From Nemertoderma westbladi (lineage: Eukaryota > Animalia > Xenacoelomorpha), in contig JAUCBJ010007109.1 in assembly GCA_032718475.1 (NCBI GenBank), forward strand, positions 1 through 35,186: a stretch of DNA of 35,186 nt, in the 5' to 3' direction. Position numbers and translations under genes: made by a program. Shown here piece by piece: positions 11,573-24,300 of the stretch. A model generated the notes under the pieces. That model did no database searches. It had not been told where the DNA came from and saw only the letters and a program-made list of their open reading frames with translations. Each line of letters opens with the position of its first letter. The stretch's first letter is position 1.

Positions 11573-12659
11573 ACTACTGTAGGTGGTTGGCATTACACCA
11601 TATACCTAACACTAATAATGCACTCTACAAAGTACAGAAATATTAGAACGACATCCAGACTCTATACATACTGTACCTACTGCTGTAACATTTGCCTAAA
11701 TGCGCTAAATACAGCAACATACAGTAGTAATAGCTACAATAAGCACCTGATATGATATTCAAACCCATAGAGTTAAATACAAACCCATGACGCCTACGCT
11801 TGCTTCATAGCAGCATAGGGCATATAATGGATACAGCTTGCCAACACATTGTTACTATCAATATAGTGATGACCCATACACCCGCGTCATAGTTGCGAAA
11901 GGCGAAGAGCTGGTAGAGCATCCTTCAGGTAGGATGTTATGACCTTAAATAAAGTATCTCCATTTATACCACGCCTTAGCATCTCCCATCTCTATATTAC
12001 ATCCTTGAGAAACTAAGGAAATAATACTAGGAAATAAGTAAAAAATAAATAAGACGATATTTAGTGATTAATTAACTGTAGCAGTGTAGGCCCTAAGTAC
12101 AACAAGCACTGTGTGTGTGTGTATCTGAGGCGTGTGGATGTGTATCAGTGTATCTGAGGCAAAATAAAGGTGAGGCGAAGGTTGCCACATCCCACTTTAC
12201 CAACATATAAAAATCTGTGCTTGCAATCAAGTTCGGGTTTATTTGCTGTTTAGGTCTCATAATATGATAAGTCCTCCTTGTGCCCGGTGCCGCCTCTCCT
12301 TTGTTTTAATGCTGGCTGCATAAAGAGATAGTAAGTGGTACCTGGGAAGGACGAGCATGAATAAAAAGTTTCAGTAAAAAAGTAAAACATCTGATCTGAT
12401 TGGCTAAAAAGTTCATTGTCTGACAGATTGTTCAACAAATATGATAGACCTAGAGCTAACCGGTTAGAGGGAGTCATGGTTGAATTGGTGGAGGTCCCTC
12501 TTCTCGAGAAACCAGAGGAGACAAACGTGAGGCTTTCGGACTAAAACCTCCTAGGTCTCAAGATTCTAGAACAAGTACTGCTGCTGCTGCGCCCCTGGTT
12601 TCTCGAGAAGTTCCCATGGTTTCCCTGAATCGTCGATCTGCCTCGAATAAATCCGTACC

Positions 12660-13110
12660 GTGGCAGACGTTGTAAAGCATTGTGAGTATAGAGATACTCA
12701 TTGGGGATGTTTGTTTTTGCGTTCATTGCAGATTCGATCCCGACCGCAGGCTTTGTTGTTCGCTGATTTATTTACAACATTAAATACTTCGGATTCAGGT
12801 ACAGGGGCGTTGAACCAATTGTCAGTTTCCCATTCCTCAACATTTGAGATGGGAATCAGATCTATCCCTGGTTGACCCTTCCGAGTAGATTTTAGAGATG
12901 TTCCTAAAGACGGTAGGGTTCTCTACAGGAGCCGCGGTTGCTTTATTGTTCTCAATTAGAGAATCCCACGGCGTTAATTCTGCTTGTGCGAGTGTATTTA
13001 TTAGACATAGTTCTTCATAAGCTGTTCTTTTGTTGGCGATTAAATTTTTGTAAACTTTTCGGCTTTGGGCGATCCCAGTATAATTTGTTATCCGAGTCAC
13101 CAATCTGGGG
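12660..13110 (-). pseudogene. Degenerate LINE ORF2 fragment (region just before the RT domain)
   Basis: Minus-strand frame around 12715-12830 reads WFNAPVPESEVFNVVNKSANNKACGRDRICNE, matching the LINE motif ITxxEVxxAIxxLKNNKAPGxDGIxNE. It is frameshifted relative to ORF 12837-13103. Confidence 0.6.
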
Positions 13111-13514
13111 AGTAAAGTTCTGGGGGAACCGCACTGGAAATAAGTCGTCAGACTTTGCGCGTAATCGGCCTAGCGGCCGAAGAAAATTTACTTTACTTTT
13201 TACCAAGTCAGAGTTGGACCGACTACGTTGCTTTAAGATAAATTCTTCTTTCGACGCCTACATTCGTCGTCACACCGGGGTTGATTGTGCGAACGTTTCG
13301 CTCTAGAATCTCGCGGTGTTGATGAACTGGCGAGTGAATCATTCAGGATATCAGTGGCTTCATTGATGTTATTATCCGATGAACACCCGTAAAACTATTT
13401 ATACTTCCGGTGTCCAGGGTTCTGTTTAGCGGCAGGAGAGGTTTGGCGACCGGATCAGTTGTGAGTTCAACGATTAATATAACTTTTTGGTGTTTTCGTA
13501 TTGGATTACATATT

Positions 13515-13690
13515 ATATACTTATTTATAGGGAAAATGCTTTAACTGTTGTATCATATAATTCAACTGGCTTTGCAGCAGATAAGGTTGATTATAAAAAA
13601 ACATTCCTCTTGAATGCTGATATAATTTGTATACAGGAAACGTTTCTATTCGCCAGTTGCAGCTATAAACTTAAACATTATTTTCCAACT
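13515..13690 (+). pseudogene. N-terminal fragment of a LINE APE-type endonuclease
   Basis: LTVVSYNSTGF...DIICIQETFL matches APE motifs I and II; the frame ends shortly afterwards. Confidence 0.65.
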
Positions 13691-14177
13691 TCCTTTTTTC
13701 TACATATAACTAATAGAAAGCCAGCAAGCTGTCTTTAAACGAACCTGCCCCTCAAACCATTACCCTAAGTGAGCGAAAATGAAAACACGAAAATTGCCAT
13801 CAACTCAACGATAGAAACACAGGCTGCTGGTAATCATGAGGGCCTACTAGTAAGCTACTATACTATTTATTGAATGGATAGGCCCAAACTGCACTGAAGT
13901 AGGCCTATATTAGTTGCTAAATTTATTACTCTCTCACTCTAACCCAGACAGTAATCAAACATCAACTGTTAGTTTGTATAATGTATTACCCCACCAGATG
14001 AATAGCTCTTCCCAGTGAATCCTATGGGAATATCATTGTAAGCACTGGGCCGTTCAAATGTTTTATAAGTTGTGTTAATGCAATTGTGTTCTTTGCTATT
14101 TTAGATTACTTATTTTTGGTAAATTTAAGTTCAAACCACCATTTTTATTGATAAAGTTAATTGCATCATAATATTTG

Positions 14178-14419
14178 GAGACAGGGGGGGGAACTGGACG
14201 CAAAACCCGCCTTGACGAATTAATATCCCGCCTCAATGTTAAATTCTCAATTTAGGGAAAGGAGCAGGTTACAGTGGCCCGTTATTTTAACCAAAACAAT
14301 AAACTAAGCACAATAGAACAGGTTACAGTTTTATTTTTGAGAATAATCAGCTGATATTTGCGTCGAATTTCCCCTGGAGAGGGATGAATTTTTATTGCGT
14401 CCAGTTTCCCCCCTATCTG
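14178..14419. mobile_element. MITE with about 26-bp TIRs and 8-bp TSD (hAT- or P-type)
   Basis: gAGAcAGGGGGGGGAACTGGACGCAA...TTGCGTCCAGTTTCCCCCCTATCTG, with AATATTTG duplicated at 14170-14177 and 14420-14427. Confidence 0.85.
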
Positions 14420-14460
14420 AATATTTGTGTCTTTTATCCAAAACTTATATATTCCTAAAA

Positions 14461-16597
14461 ACTGTTTGTAACACTACTGTACTGTTGTAACCCTACTGTT
14501 TGTAACACTACTGTACTGTTGTAACCCTACTGTTTGTAACACTACTGTACTGTTGTAACCCTACTGTTTGTAACACTACTGTACTGTTGTAACCCTACTG
14601 TTTGTAACACTACTGTACTGTTGTAACCCTACTGTTTGTAACACTACTGTACTGTTGTAACCCTACTGTTTGTAACACTACTGTACTGCTGTAACCCTAC
14701 TGTTTGTAACACTACTGTACTGTTGTAACCCTACTGTTTGTAACACTACTGTACTGTTGTAACCCTACTGTTTGTAACACTACTGTACTGGTGTAACCCT
14801 ACTGTTTGTAACACTACTATACTGTTGTAACCCTACTGTTTGTAACACTACTGTACTGTTGTAACCCTACTGTTTGTAACACTACTGTACTGTTGTAACC
14901 CTACTGTTTGTAACACTACTGTACTGTTGTAACCCTACTGTTTGTAACACTACTGTACTGTTGTAACCCTACTGTTTGTAACACTACTGTACTGTTGTAA
15001 CCCTACTGTTTGTAACACTACTGTACTGTTGTAACCCTACTGTTTGTAACACTACTGTACTGTTGTAACCCTACTGTTTGTAACACTACTGTACTGTTGT
15101 AACCCTACTGTTTGTAACACTACTGTACTGTTGTAACCCTACTGTTTGTAACACTACTGTACTGTTGTAACCCTACTGTTTGTAACACTACTGTACTGTT
15201 GTAACCCTACTGTTTGTAACACTACTGTACTGTTGTAACCCTACTGTTTGTAACACTACTGTACTGTTGTAACCCTACTGTTTGTAACACTACTGTACTG
15301 TTGTAACCCTACTGTTTGTAACACTACTGTACTGTTGTAACCCTACTGTTTGTAACACTACTGTACTGTTGTAACCCTACTGTTTGTAACACTACTGTAC
15401 TGCTGTAACCCTACTGTTTGTAACACTACTGTACTGTTGTAACCCTACTGTTTGTAACACTACTGTACTGTTGTAACCCTACTGTTTGTAACACTACTGT
15501 ACTGGTGTAACCCTACTGTTTGTAACACTACTATACTGTTGTAACCCTACTGTTTGTAACACTACTGTACTGTTGTAACCCTACTGTTTGTAACACTACT
15601 GTACTGTTGTAACCCTACTGTTTGTAACACTACTGTACTGTTGTAACCCTACTGTTTGTAACACTACTGTACTGTTGTAACCCTACTGTTTGTAACACTA
15701 CTGTACTGTTGTAACCCTACTGTTTGTAACACTACTGTACTGTTGTAACCCTACTGTTTGTAACACTACTGTACTGTTGTAACCCTACTGTTTGTAACAC
15801 TACTGTACTGTTGTAACCCTACTGTTTGTAACACTACTGTACTGTTGTAACCCTACTGTTTGTAACACTACTGTACTGTTGTAACCCTACTGTTTGTAAC
15901 ACTACTGTACTGTTGTAACCCTACTGTTTGTAACACTACTGTACTGTTGTAACCCTACTGTTTGTAACACTACTGTACTGTTGTAACCCTACTGTTTGTA
16001 ACACTACTGTACTGTTGTAACCCTACTGTTTGTAAAACTACTGTACTGTTGTAACCCTACTGTTTGTAACACTACTGTACTGCTGTAACCCTACTGTTTG
16101 TAACACTACTGTACTGTTGTAACCCTACTGTTTGTAACACTACTGTACTGTTGTAACCCTACTGTTTGTAACACTACTGTACTGGTGTAACCCTACTGTT
16201 TGTAACACTACTATACTGTTGTAACCCTACTGTTTGTAACACTACTGTACTGTTGTAACCCTACTGTTTGTAACACTACTGTACTGTTGTAACCCTACTG
16301 TTTGTAACACTACTGTACTGTTGTAACCCTACTGTTTGTAACACTACTGTACTGTTGTAACCCTACTGTTTGTAACACTACTGTACTGTTGTAACCCTAC
16401 TGTTTGTAACACTACTGTACTGTTGTAACCCTACTGTTTGTAACACTACTGTACTGTTGTAACCCTACTGTTTGTAACACTACTGTACTGTTGTAACCCT
16501 ACTGTTTGTAACACTACTGTACTGTTGTAACCCTACTGTTTGTAACACTACTGTACTGTTGTAACCCTACTGTTTGTAACACTACTGTACTGTTGTA
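14461..16597. repeat. Satellite array, 34-bp unit, about 63 copies, with higher-order structure
   Basis: Unit ACTGTTTGTAACACTACTGTACTGTTGTAACCCT, almost invariant. A three-variant pattern recurs at 714- and 680-bp spacing. Confidence 0.97.
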
Positions 16598-16781
16598 TAT
16601 CGCTGTTTTATTAAATAATTGAGCAACAAAAAAGTACCAATTAAGGATAAAATTGCGCATTACTTTGGAAAAAAGTAGAACATTTTTTTTTCAATATTCT
16701 CTCGACCCTTTATTAACCTCGCTGACGCTCGGTAAATAAAATGCCTCGATAATAATAAATAAATTATACTTTTGTTCCCAT

Positions 16782-16903
16782 GTAATAAAGGTTCGCGTAG
16801 CGAGACCCCTAGTAATAAAGGTTCGCGTATCGAGACCCCTAGTAATAAAGGTTTTCGTATCGAGACCCCTAGTAATAAAGGTTCGCGTAGCGAGACCCCT
16901 AGT
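16782..16903 (+). repeat. Four tandem 30-bp units resembling Helitron 3' ends (hairpin + CTAG|T)
   Basis: GTAATAAAGGTTCGCGTAGCGAGACCCCTA x4, containing the hairpin GGT-TCGC-GTA-GCGA-g-ACC followed by CCTAGT. Confidence 0.6.
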
Positions 16904-18071
16904 TGTTTGCGCTTTTAAGACCTTTGACAGTTTAACCTGCCAAATTAGGATGTCTTTTAGATGATATATAGTCTTTAGCCTATGACGAGTATTTGATACA
17001 CTACATTAGCCGAAGCCAGTCTATGCGCAATCATTCACCCGCTGGATATACCCGGGAGACTGAATTCGGAAGCTTAATGATTGATGGTGTAAGCCTACCG
17101 TATTATTCGACTGATCGTAATATATAATCTCTTACAAATATTATTCACTTTCGGGAAATATTAACAGTTCCTTTAGGACGTGGCGCTCTAAATATGTAAA
17201 CAGAGTTGACTTAAACCAGACGCAATGAGATGGCTATAGATTCACGTATATGGCGCATTCTTTAGGAGATGCTTTGTTATCAGTCACAATCATACACAAT
17301 GCTGCACAATGCTGCACACCAATCTGCCGACCTTCACTAATTTTAGTCACATACAAAGAGAATAACAGACAATACATGTAGGGCCTATAAAATAGCATGA
17401 GATTCACTTCAAACCACTTTCGCAATCGTTTATCTGTAACCGGTCTCTCTAACCTTTAGTATATCAAGAAGGTTGGGTGTCTGACTATTGATCAGTATTC
17501 CAAATATAATCTTCCATCAACAAATATAATGAATAACCGACAGCAAAAGCAGTAATGTTAAGTAAGATATGCATGATATGTTTAGTAAGCATTGATAAGG
17601 TAACTCGATTTGCATTGGTATGGTTAGATAACAGATATACGTTCTATAATTAAGCCTACTAATGTAAGACTAAAGACTGAAACACGGAGGTGCCAAAAGC
17701 CGGTGTTCTTAGGCTCTGGGCAAAAACATAACACTGAATTCCTGAGTTTCTGTATCCACCTCCAACACAGAGACAAAAAACGCTCTGATTGGTCGACCGA
17801 ACAACGAGAGAACAAAGATACAAAGAAATGTCGACGTGGCAATATCAGCTGTTAGCCGTCGTCATGGTAGCGACACTGTTTTCAAGAGTATCGAGCTTAT
17901 TGCGTCCCGAAATTGCGGATTATGTCCTCTAAAGTACAAATACAGAAGAAATGGCTTTTATGTCCTCTAAAACACCAGTACAGTAAGGACACGGCCTTTT
18001 TATGCCCAGTAAACCAACTACAGAGTACTTTACGGGGAAAATAACCGGCTAATTACGCAAAAGCTTTTACA
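16904..18071 (-). repeat. 3' LTR (1168 bp)
   Basis: + strand TGTTTGCGCTTTT...GCAAAAGCTTTTACA, colinear with 28364-29536. Confidence 0.93.
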
Positions 18072-18079
18072 CCGCTCCC
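18072..18079 (-). promoter_or_regulatory. Short polypurine tract (GGGAGCGG) abutting the 3' LTR
   Basis: Minus strand reads ...TTCTGGGAGCGG|TGTAAAAGC, the canonical PPT position; the tract is short and interrupted. Confidence 0.55.
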
Positions 18080-18097
18080 AGAAAATGGGATTTAAGT

Positions 18098-19675
18098 CTA
18101 TAAAATATAACAAATCACAGTTTCTAAAATATAAAGATACTCTAAACAGTTAGTCTTTCTTACACAGATGGCGTTTACGCAGTTTTTTGAGGCTAGCAAG
18201 AGTCCTTTTCTCTTTGGGGCGAGCCACTTTACTAGGAGGGCTATAAATCCTGGGTGAAGGGTGCAATATGATTGCATCAGAAGGTGTAGGATTATGGTCG
18301 GGGTATCCGCCGTTTCGATATGCTTCTCCTCGAGCTGATTTTCCTCCGCTCGTAGCTGGATACGTTCATCCAAAAACTCTCGCAGAGAATGGGGTTGTCT
18401 AAGTTCGATATCTTCTTAGAGATTCTGGATTTCACAATCGAACTGAGATAAAGACAATTCGTTTATCGCTTGGACTTGCTGTTACAACTTACGTTTATCT
18501 GAACAAACGCAGGTTTCCTTTCTGATCTTTGTAGAATAGCGTTTAACTCGTTTGGTACAACGTTCTCCGCCACTTTGGTGACAGGTTATATCGTGTTAAG
18601 CCGCGACGGGACGATGGTAAGGGTTAAACGGCGATATTAAATGTCCGCGTCCCAATCCGGCTAGGCAGAATGGGCTAATATCTAGGAAGCCCACAACTGG
18701 GGTGCCACCGACTAATTGTTCAGGTAACACTAGATCTTTGAGCAGTGAGTACAGCTCGGGAGGATCCGTCATACTAATAGGATCAAGAGTCTGAAGTCTC
18801 ACTAGGGAATGAGGAGTTCTGATCGAGTATTCCGAAACTCTGATCATTGGTTTATTTAAGGATCGTCTGAGTCGAATGAGCGTAGGTGATACATCGAACA
18901 AGTTTCGCTCGAAACTCCCGTAAGTATAGCGAGTAAAACCGTGTTTAAAGCAACGTCTCCGCGGATGTTTATGTCTTTCCGTTTGTTGGTTGGGTCTTGG
19001 GCATTCATCGCAATAATACCAAAAACGCACGTCTTGTAGGGGAAACGCGAGTGATCTTTCTCCAGCTTACAATATTCCTCCATCCGTTCGAAGCTATCCG
19101 GTACAACAGGTAGCGATCGATCGGCGGTAAGATACATCATAGTGGAATAGAGCCGTTTGAGTTCTACCATGCGGTCATGATGTATACCTTGAGGATATCG
19201 AGTTTCTAGATTCTGTTGACTGGTAATATCGAGATAGGTTTCTCTCAAGAATTCCAGGTATTTGGTGGAGTCGCTGCATTTATCCGGCTCTTCGACATCT
19301 GCACTTTCGAGTCGGTTTCGAATAGAATTTTCGTGTTCGAGTCTCAGTTTATCGTTCCGCTTCCGCTGGGTATGATATTTAAATAAACCATTTCCCTTTG
19401 GTGTCTATATCGTTCGTATCGTGTAGGTCGATAGGATGACCAGTAGTTAAGAAGTCCATATACGTACCATTACGATGCGTATAGCGAGCGGTGAATTTTC
19501 TACAGTCTAACCCACGCGCAAGTTGCTCCCGGGACATTGGCGGTTAGATATAACGACCATCGTCCTCCGTAGTAGTTGGACCAGCGTCGCCGCGTATCAA
19601 GCTATCAACAAACGCTTGTAAAGGTAGAGTATATCGTTCCCTGATACCAAGATCATCTTCTATCAACTCAATCAT
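18098..19675 (-). pseudogene. Disrupted accessory ORF of unknown function in the env position
   Basis: Chain of same-strand frames: MIELIEDDLGIRERY... from 19675 (internal stop), an open frame 19404-18856, then 19030-18596 and 18373-18098. Higher GC than the neighbouring AT-rich UTR. No recognised domain. Confidence 0.4.
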
Positions 19676-20502
19676 ATCTGCTATATAAGTTTATCCATAT
19701 TATAATGAGTTTATATTTAGGCGAGCGGGCGTCGCTGCCTACCCCTCTCTGCCCCCGGACAGTGCGAGATCCTCAGCGCTGGTGTACTTTCGCCGATGTG
19801 CCTATCGCCAACGTCGTAGCTGCACAACGACTACAACAACCAGCACGAGTCACTCCACCGTCCGTCCCAAAGGCTTAGATATACTTCAGGTTCTTACTGG
19901 AGAGTTAGGGTTACTTTCACAATTGCGACTCGCTACTGTAAACACACCTTAGTAGTAACATTCACCTACAAACGCACAAATTCCACGTAACAGTCACAAA
20001 TGGTACACATTCTATCACACATTCGGGTCATTTGTCCGTTAGTCAAGTGCCTTCCAGAATGTCACGTTGTTATTATGTATCCTTGGATACTAGCGGTGTG
20101 CTATTTATTCCGTATGCTATTCAATACGCAAGCCCTTTATTGTTCTTTTAACTCACTTCTAATTCTAGCGTGGTTGTTGCCATGGTGACATTATGGAAAG
20201 CTAGCGGTAGAATTAGGGTAATTCTCATGCATACAGATCTGGGATGCTATTTAATAGTAATTCTTTAATTGTCAATATCCTCTCTATATATGATTTTATG
20301 AATTTTATCGGCTATTGACTATACATTGGAGATTCTCACACACAAATACACTTAATATAGTGAATCTCCGCTCCCATGATCTATTAATTAATGGAATTTT
20401 GGGAATGTTATAAATTGTATAAAATTGCAATTTATTAAATTTATTAAAGTATGAATTTAAATTTATTCCCTGAAATTTTATTATTTGATAGTTAAATTGA
20501 CA

Positions 20503-20810
20503 CAATTTGATTCCAGAGCAGGTCTGGGGACATAGGATCCTTAATTCTATGAAAATTGTCTTTTAAGAGTATCGGTAAGTGCTACGATATCTTAATCGAC
20601 TAGAATTGTTAAAGGATCTGAATTTTACAGATTTTGATTTATAGATTTGTAAATATTAAATAATTAATATTTAGGATGGGCACCAATTTATTCCAGAACT
20701 TGTCTGGGGACGTTAACCACTGATTCTAGAATTTTGTCTTTCAAGTATATCGGTGGGTGCCGCGATATCTTAATTGACTAGAATTGCAGATGGTCAAAGG
20801 ATTTAACAGA
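20503..20810. repeat. Diverged tandem duplication (about 180-bp period) in the element's 3' non-coding region
   Basis: caatttNattccaga..gtctggggac..ttgtcttt..atcggt..gatatcttaat.gactagaattg occurs near 20503 and near 20685. Confidence 0.7.
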
Positions 20811-21332
20811 TTTATTTTGCGTTTTACGCTACTGTTAAAGGGACATCACGCTACTATATGTATTATTTAATATACGGTATGAGAGCAATATCGCACGAAG
20901 CAATGTCAGTGTGAAGAGGCAAGTCGTTTCCAAGGTCTACCCAGAGCTTGGTTTAGCCGAGACACGAGGATCTGAACTTTGCATTCCTAATACTCTGCCT
21001 ACCAATAATACTTAAATATAGTAGGAGCTTTATTGTACTTTAATAAGTACGGATATTTCATCTTACTGTAGTCACGTATTTATAATATGATACGGACAGT
21101 AAGGAAAGAGAAAAAGAATTATTTCTCGCCGTCGCACTAAATATAATATACAAGTAATTAAGTAATAAACACTAATATATTGCACTAATCTACTAAATAA
21201 TCGCTAAATAACATTTGACTAAATAAAATTAAAGAAAACGATTATAATAAAATTACATAATAATACATACATAATATAAAATAATAAAAATAAATATAAA
21301 ATAATGTAGTCACACACCCACTCCGTATGTTG

Positions 21333-24300
21333 TTACGTTATGGAGTCCCTAGATATTTGTTGGATTAGGGAGGTGGTCGTGGGAAGAGTATCTTGCCTTC
21401 CATAGTTTCCGGACAGTTTTCGGTCTCTTTCCAGTAAACATAAACGACCAGCTGGGCGATTGAGTGGTTGTGTTACTTTCTCCGCTCCCTTGGCCTGTCT
21501 AATCTTCGCCGCCGGGTTAAGATGGGGAGGCCATTCATCTTCTTTACTTAGGAAGTCGGGTTCACCTAACCAGTCTGGAGTATCTGTAAGTTCTTGAGGA
21601 GTTGCTCCTCTGGAGGCGATGTCGGCTAGATTGATCGTCTCGGGGCAATGTCTCCATTGATCTACGTTGGAGTTGATGTCGTCATTATCTGAGGAGTATG
21701 GTGTTCCCTCAGTTGGGTCGTCAACTTCACTGCTCTCCACTTCCCGTTCACTTAATTGATATACCTGTTCTTTTGGTAATCTTTCCATAAGAGTTCTACG
21801 AGAAGGGCCAGTAAAGTACCAACCTACTCTAGTTCTTCCCGCATAAACTTGTAGAGGTTGCGGTTGAGCAGGCCGTTTCTCCAATGTCTCGAGCGCTTCA
21901 TGCGCATTTTGACCGATGAGTATTTGGACTCCAGGGTAATCGGTGTTGAATCTAGGTATTTCAAGCTGCTGGGTGAAATCGTCCTCATCCCAGTTATAAG
22001 GTTCCACTTGGCTGGTCGCGAAGTTCTTTATCGCTACCATTTTTACTGACCTTATGCTGTGTTCTCCTAGTTCATCCTGGGGGGTGGACAACGCACCTAC
22101 ATAATAATCTGCGATTACTGTAGATTTCCAAACCTGCATAATTCCTGACATGTTTAGCTTAGTTCGGAACTTGGGTTGTCCAGCAAAGATGTCTTCGGCT
22201 AGTTCTTTGTCGATGAATGTTCCTGTACTACCGGAGTCAAGGAGGGCGTTCACTACATAACTCCTTTTAGGTCCGTGGACCCTTACCTGTACTACAGGAA
22301 ATTCTCGGATTCCTACATTGGAAGGTGGTGCTTTCCAAGATGGTTGTCTGTCAGAAGTAGTTAGGGGGGGCTCGCTGTCGGTGTCTTTTTCATACGTAAG
22401 TGCTCGATACACTGCGGTATTTGTTAGGTAACAGGATTCGTTTTCGTCGGAGAATTCGTCCGTATAGAATCCTTCCATCTCAGAATATTGGTCAATGTCG
22501 TTCACATCACTGAATTGGACATGTAGTTCGGACTCACTTACCTGACTCGGGCTGTTTCGTTCGAATTCCGTGTGCAACAAGATATGATGTTTTGCGCCGC
22601 ACTTTGCACACCTTACGTCGGAGTAACAGGTTCGCCGTTGGTGTCCTCGTCTGAGGCAATTATAACACAACCGCTTATCCCACATGACTTCACGTCTGTC
22701 CTTTAGTGATTTCCTCAGGAATTCATCACACGCACTTAAACGGTGGGGCCCGTCGCACAGCACACATTTGGGCTTGATGTTACTTACTTTAACATGTGCT
22801 GTGTGGTGCACGTTCGTTCTTTCCTCGGGCTTTCTCACCTGAATTCTCTTAGGAGACGTAGGAGGAGTTTTTCTTACCTGTTCTCTCCTGTCATTGGTTC
22901 GAGACTTGAATTTACCTACCTGATCTTTAGGCATTTTATTGTCATAGTAAGATCTTTCAGTGTCTTTCCCGCTGTCTTCCTCTTGAGAAGCCTGGCTTTC
23001 GCCGTCGTCTGTATAACACACTGGTATTACCTTTCTCCTAGAAACGGGTTTCTCACTTACCTTGTTTTCCGGTGTCTTCTCTCTGGACTGCCTTAGGAGC
23101 TGTAATTTCACTTCTCCATCTAAGAATGACATGAGATCAGCCATGGTAGGGTCTCGTCGTTGTTGTTCCATCATATATAACACTTTCTTGTCCCAGCGTG
23201 TACCTACTCCACCCTTGGGCAAAGTAGATGCTAAGGCTCTAATAACCATAGCACTCTGATACTCATGAGACTTACCTAGCCAATCTAATTGTCTGCAGAT
23301 CTCCTGAATCTCATCGGAAAACTCTATAATTCCGCTGCTAATAAACTTTCGGGGCGCTACCAACTTTGCATACAAATACCCAGCTATGTTATTCCTATTA
23401 CCATACCTGATGTTTAGTGTATCCCAAACTTGTCTTAATCCGTCTGGATGTCCAATAAACTTTAACGCCATTAACTTGGGAGATCCTTCCAAGCACTCGA
23501 TGAGGAATCTAAGTTTCTCTCCATTAGATAGCACAGAGTTCTGTATGTTATCTTTGTAATATTCATTAAAAGGTAACCATTTCATCTCATCTCCATTGAA
23601 CTTGACGATCTCTCCCACCTTTACCGCTTGCCGGGCTTCGGTTCTAGCCATTTGACGCGTAAAACTTTCTTGGGCCATCGTGTTATTTAATATCGAGTTA
23701 TCGGTATATAAATTTCTCGGATTATGATCCGGTCTATAGGGAATATCATTATCAACAGGTCTATAATTACCCTTAATAGGGTTCACTATAGGAGTTTCTA
23801 CTTCGCTAGCAGTATATATGCGTGTAGGCTCCACACCTTGCGCATGAGATACTTCAGACCTAACAGGTTGACACATTGTTACAGAGGGTGGTGATATACC
23901 CTTTTGTAAATTTACTAATTTATCGAGTTCTAGCGCGATACTTTGCTGCACTTCTTGCAACTCTAATCTACTTTCCCTTACTGTGCCCTTGAATTGCTGA
24001 ACGGTCTCCTGCATCTGTCCGAGCAGGAGATCCATCCCCCGTCGTCTCTCATCCACCCATTCAACCGCCGAAGCGGGATTCGCCAACGTTGTAGCGGGCG
24101 GACGAGGGACAACGGGCGACAAATCATGAATATTTCGCTCGGAGTCCAGGGCATGAACTGTCTCATGGGCTGTTCTGCTGGGCACAGGTAGCTTAGTGCT
24201 GTGCAAAGGGAATTGAGAGGTAGGTTCAGGGAGTACAGGTGTCTCTACGACCGAAAGGGTGGCTTCGGGAACAGGCCTAATTATTTCAGGCTCATCTACT

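Noticed and set aside
11811-11927. Possible small exon (QHRAYNGYSLPTHCYYQ...VEHPS, ending CAG|GTAGGA)
   Set aside because: Plausible splice sites but no recognisable motif and no partner exon that I can link to it.
14461-16597. CRISPR-like appearance of the 34-bp arrays (also 3752-4029 and 33016-33688)
   Set aside because: Units are head-to-tail with no unique spacers, there are no cas genes, and the context is eukaryotic.
16899-16903. Perfect 5-bp TSD for the LTR element
   Set aside because: Left CTAGT does not match right AAGTG (29537-29541); only a 3-of-4 match (TAGT/AAGT) exists.
17624-17842. Identical short ORFs in both LTRs (also 29107-29307)
   Set aside because: Non-ATG start, and identity simply reflects LTR duplication of U3.
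18525-18560. RVKR furin-like site suggesting an env gene
   Set aside because: It lies beyond a stop in an ambiguous frame, with no signal peptide or convincing transmembrane anchor to support env.
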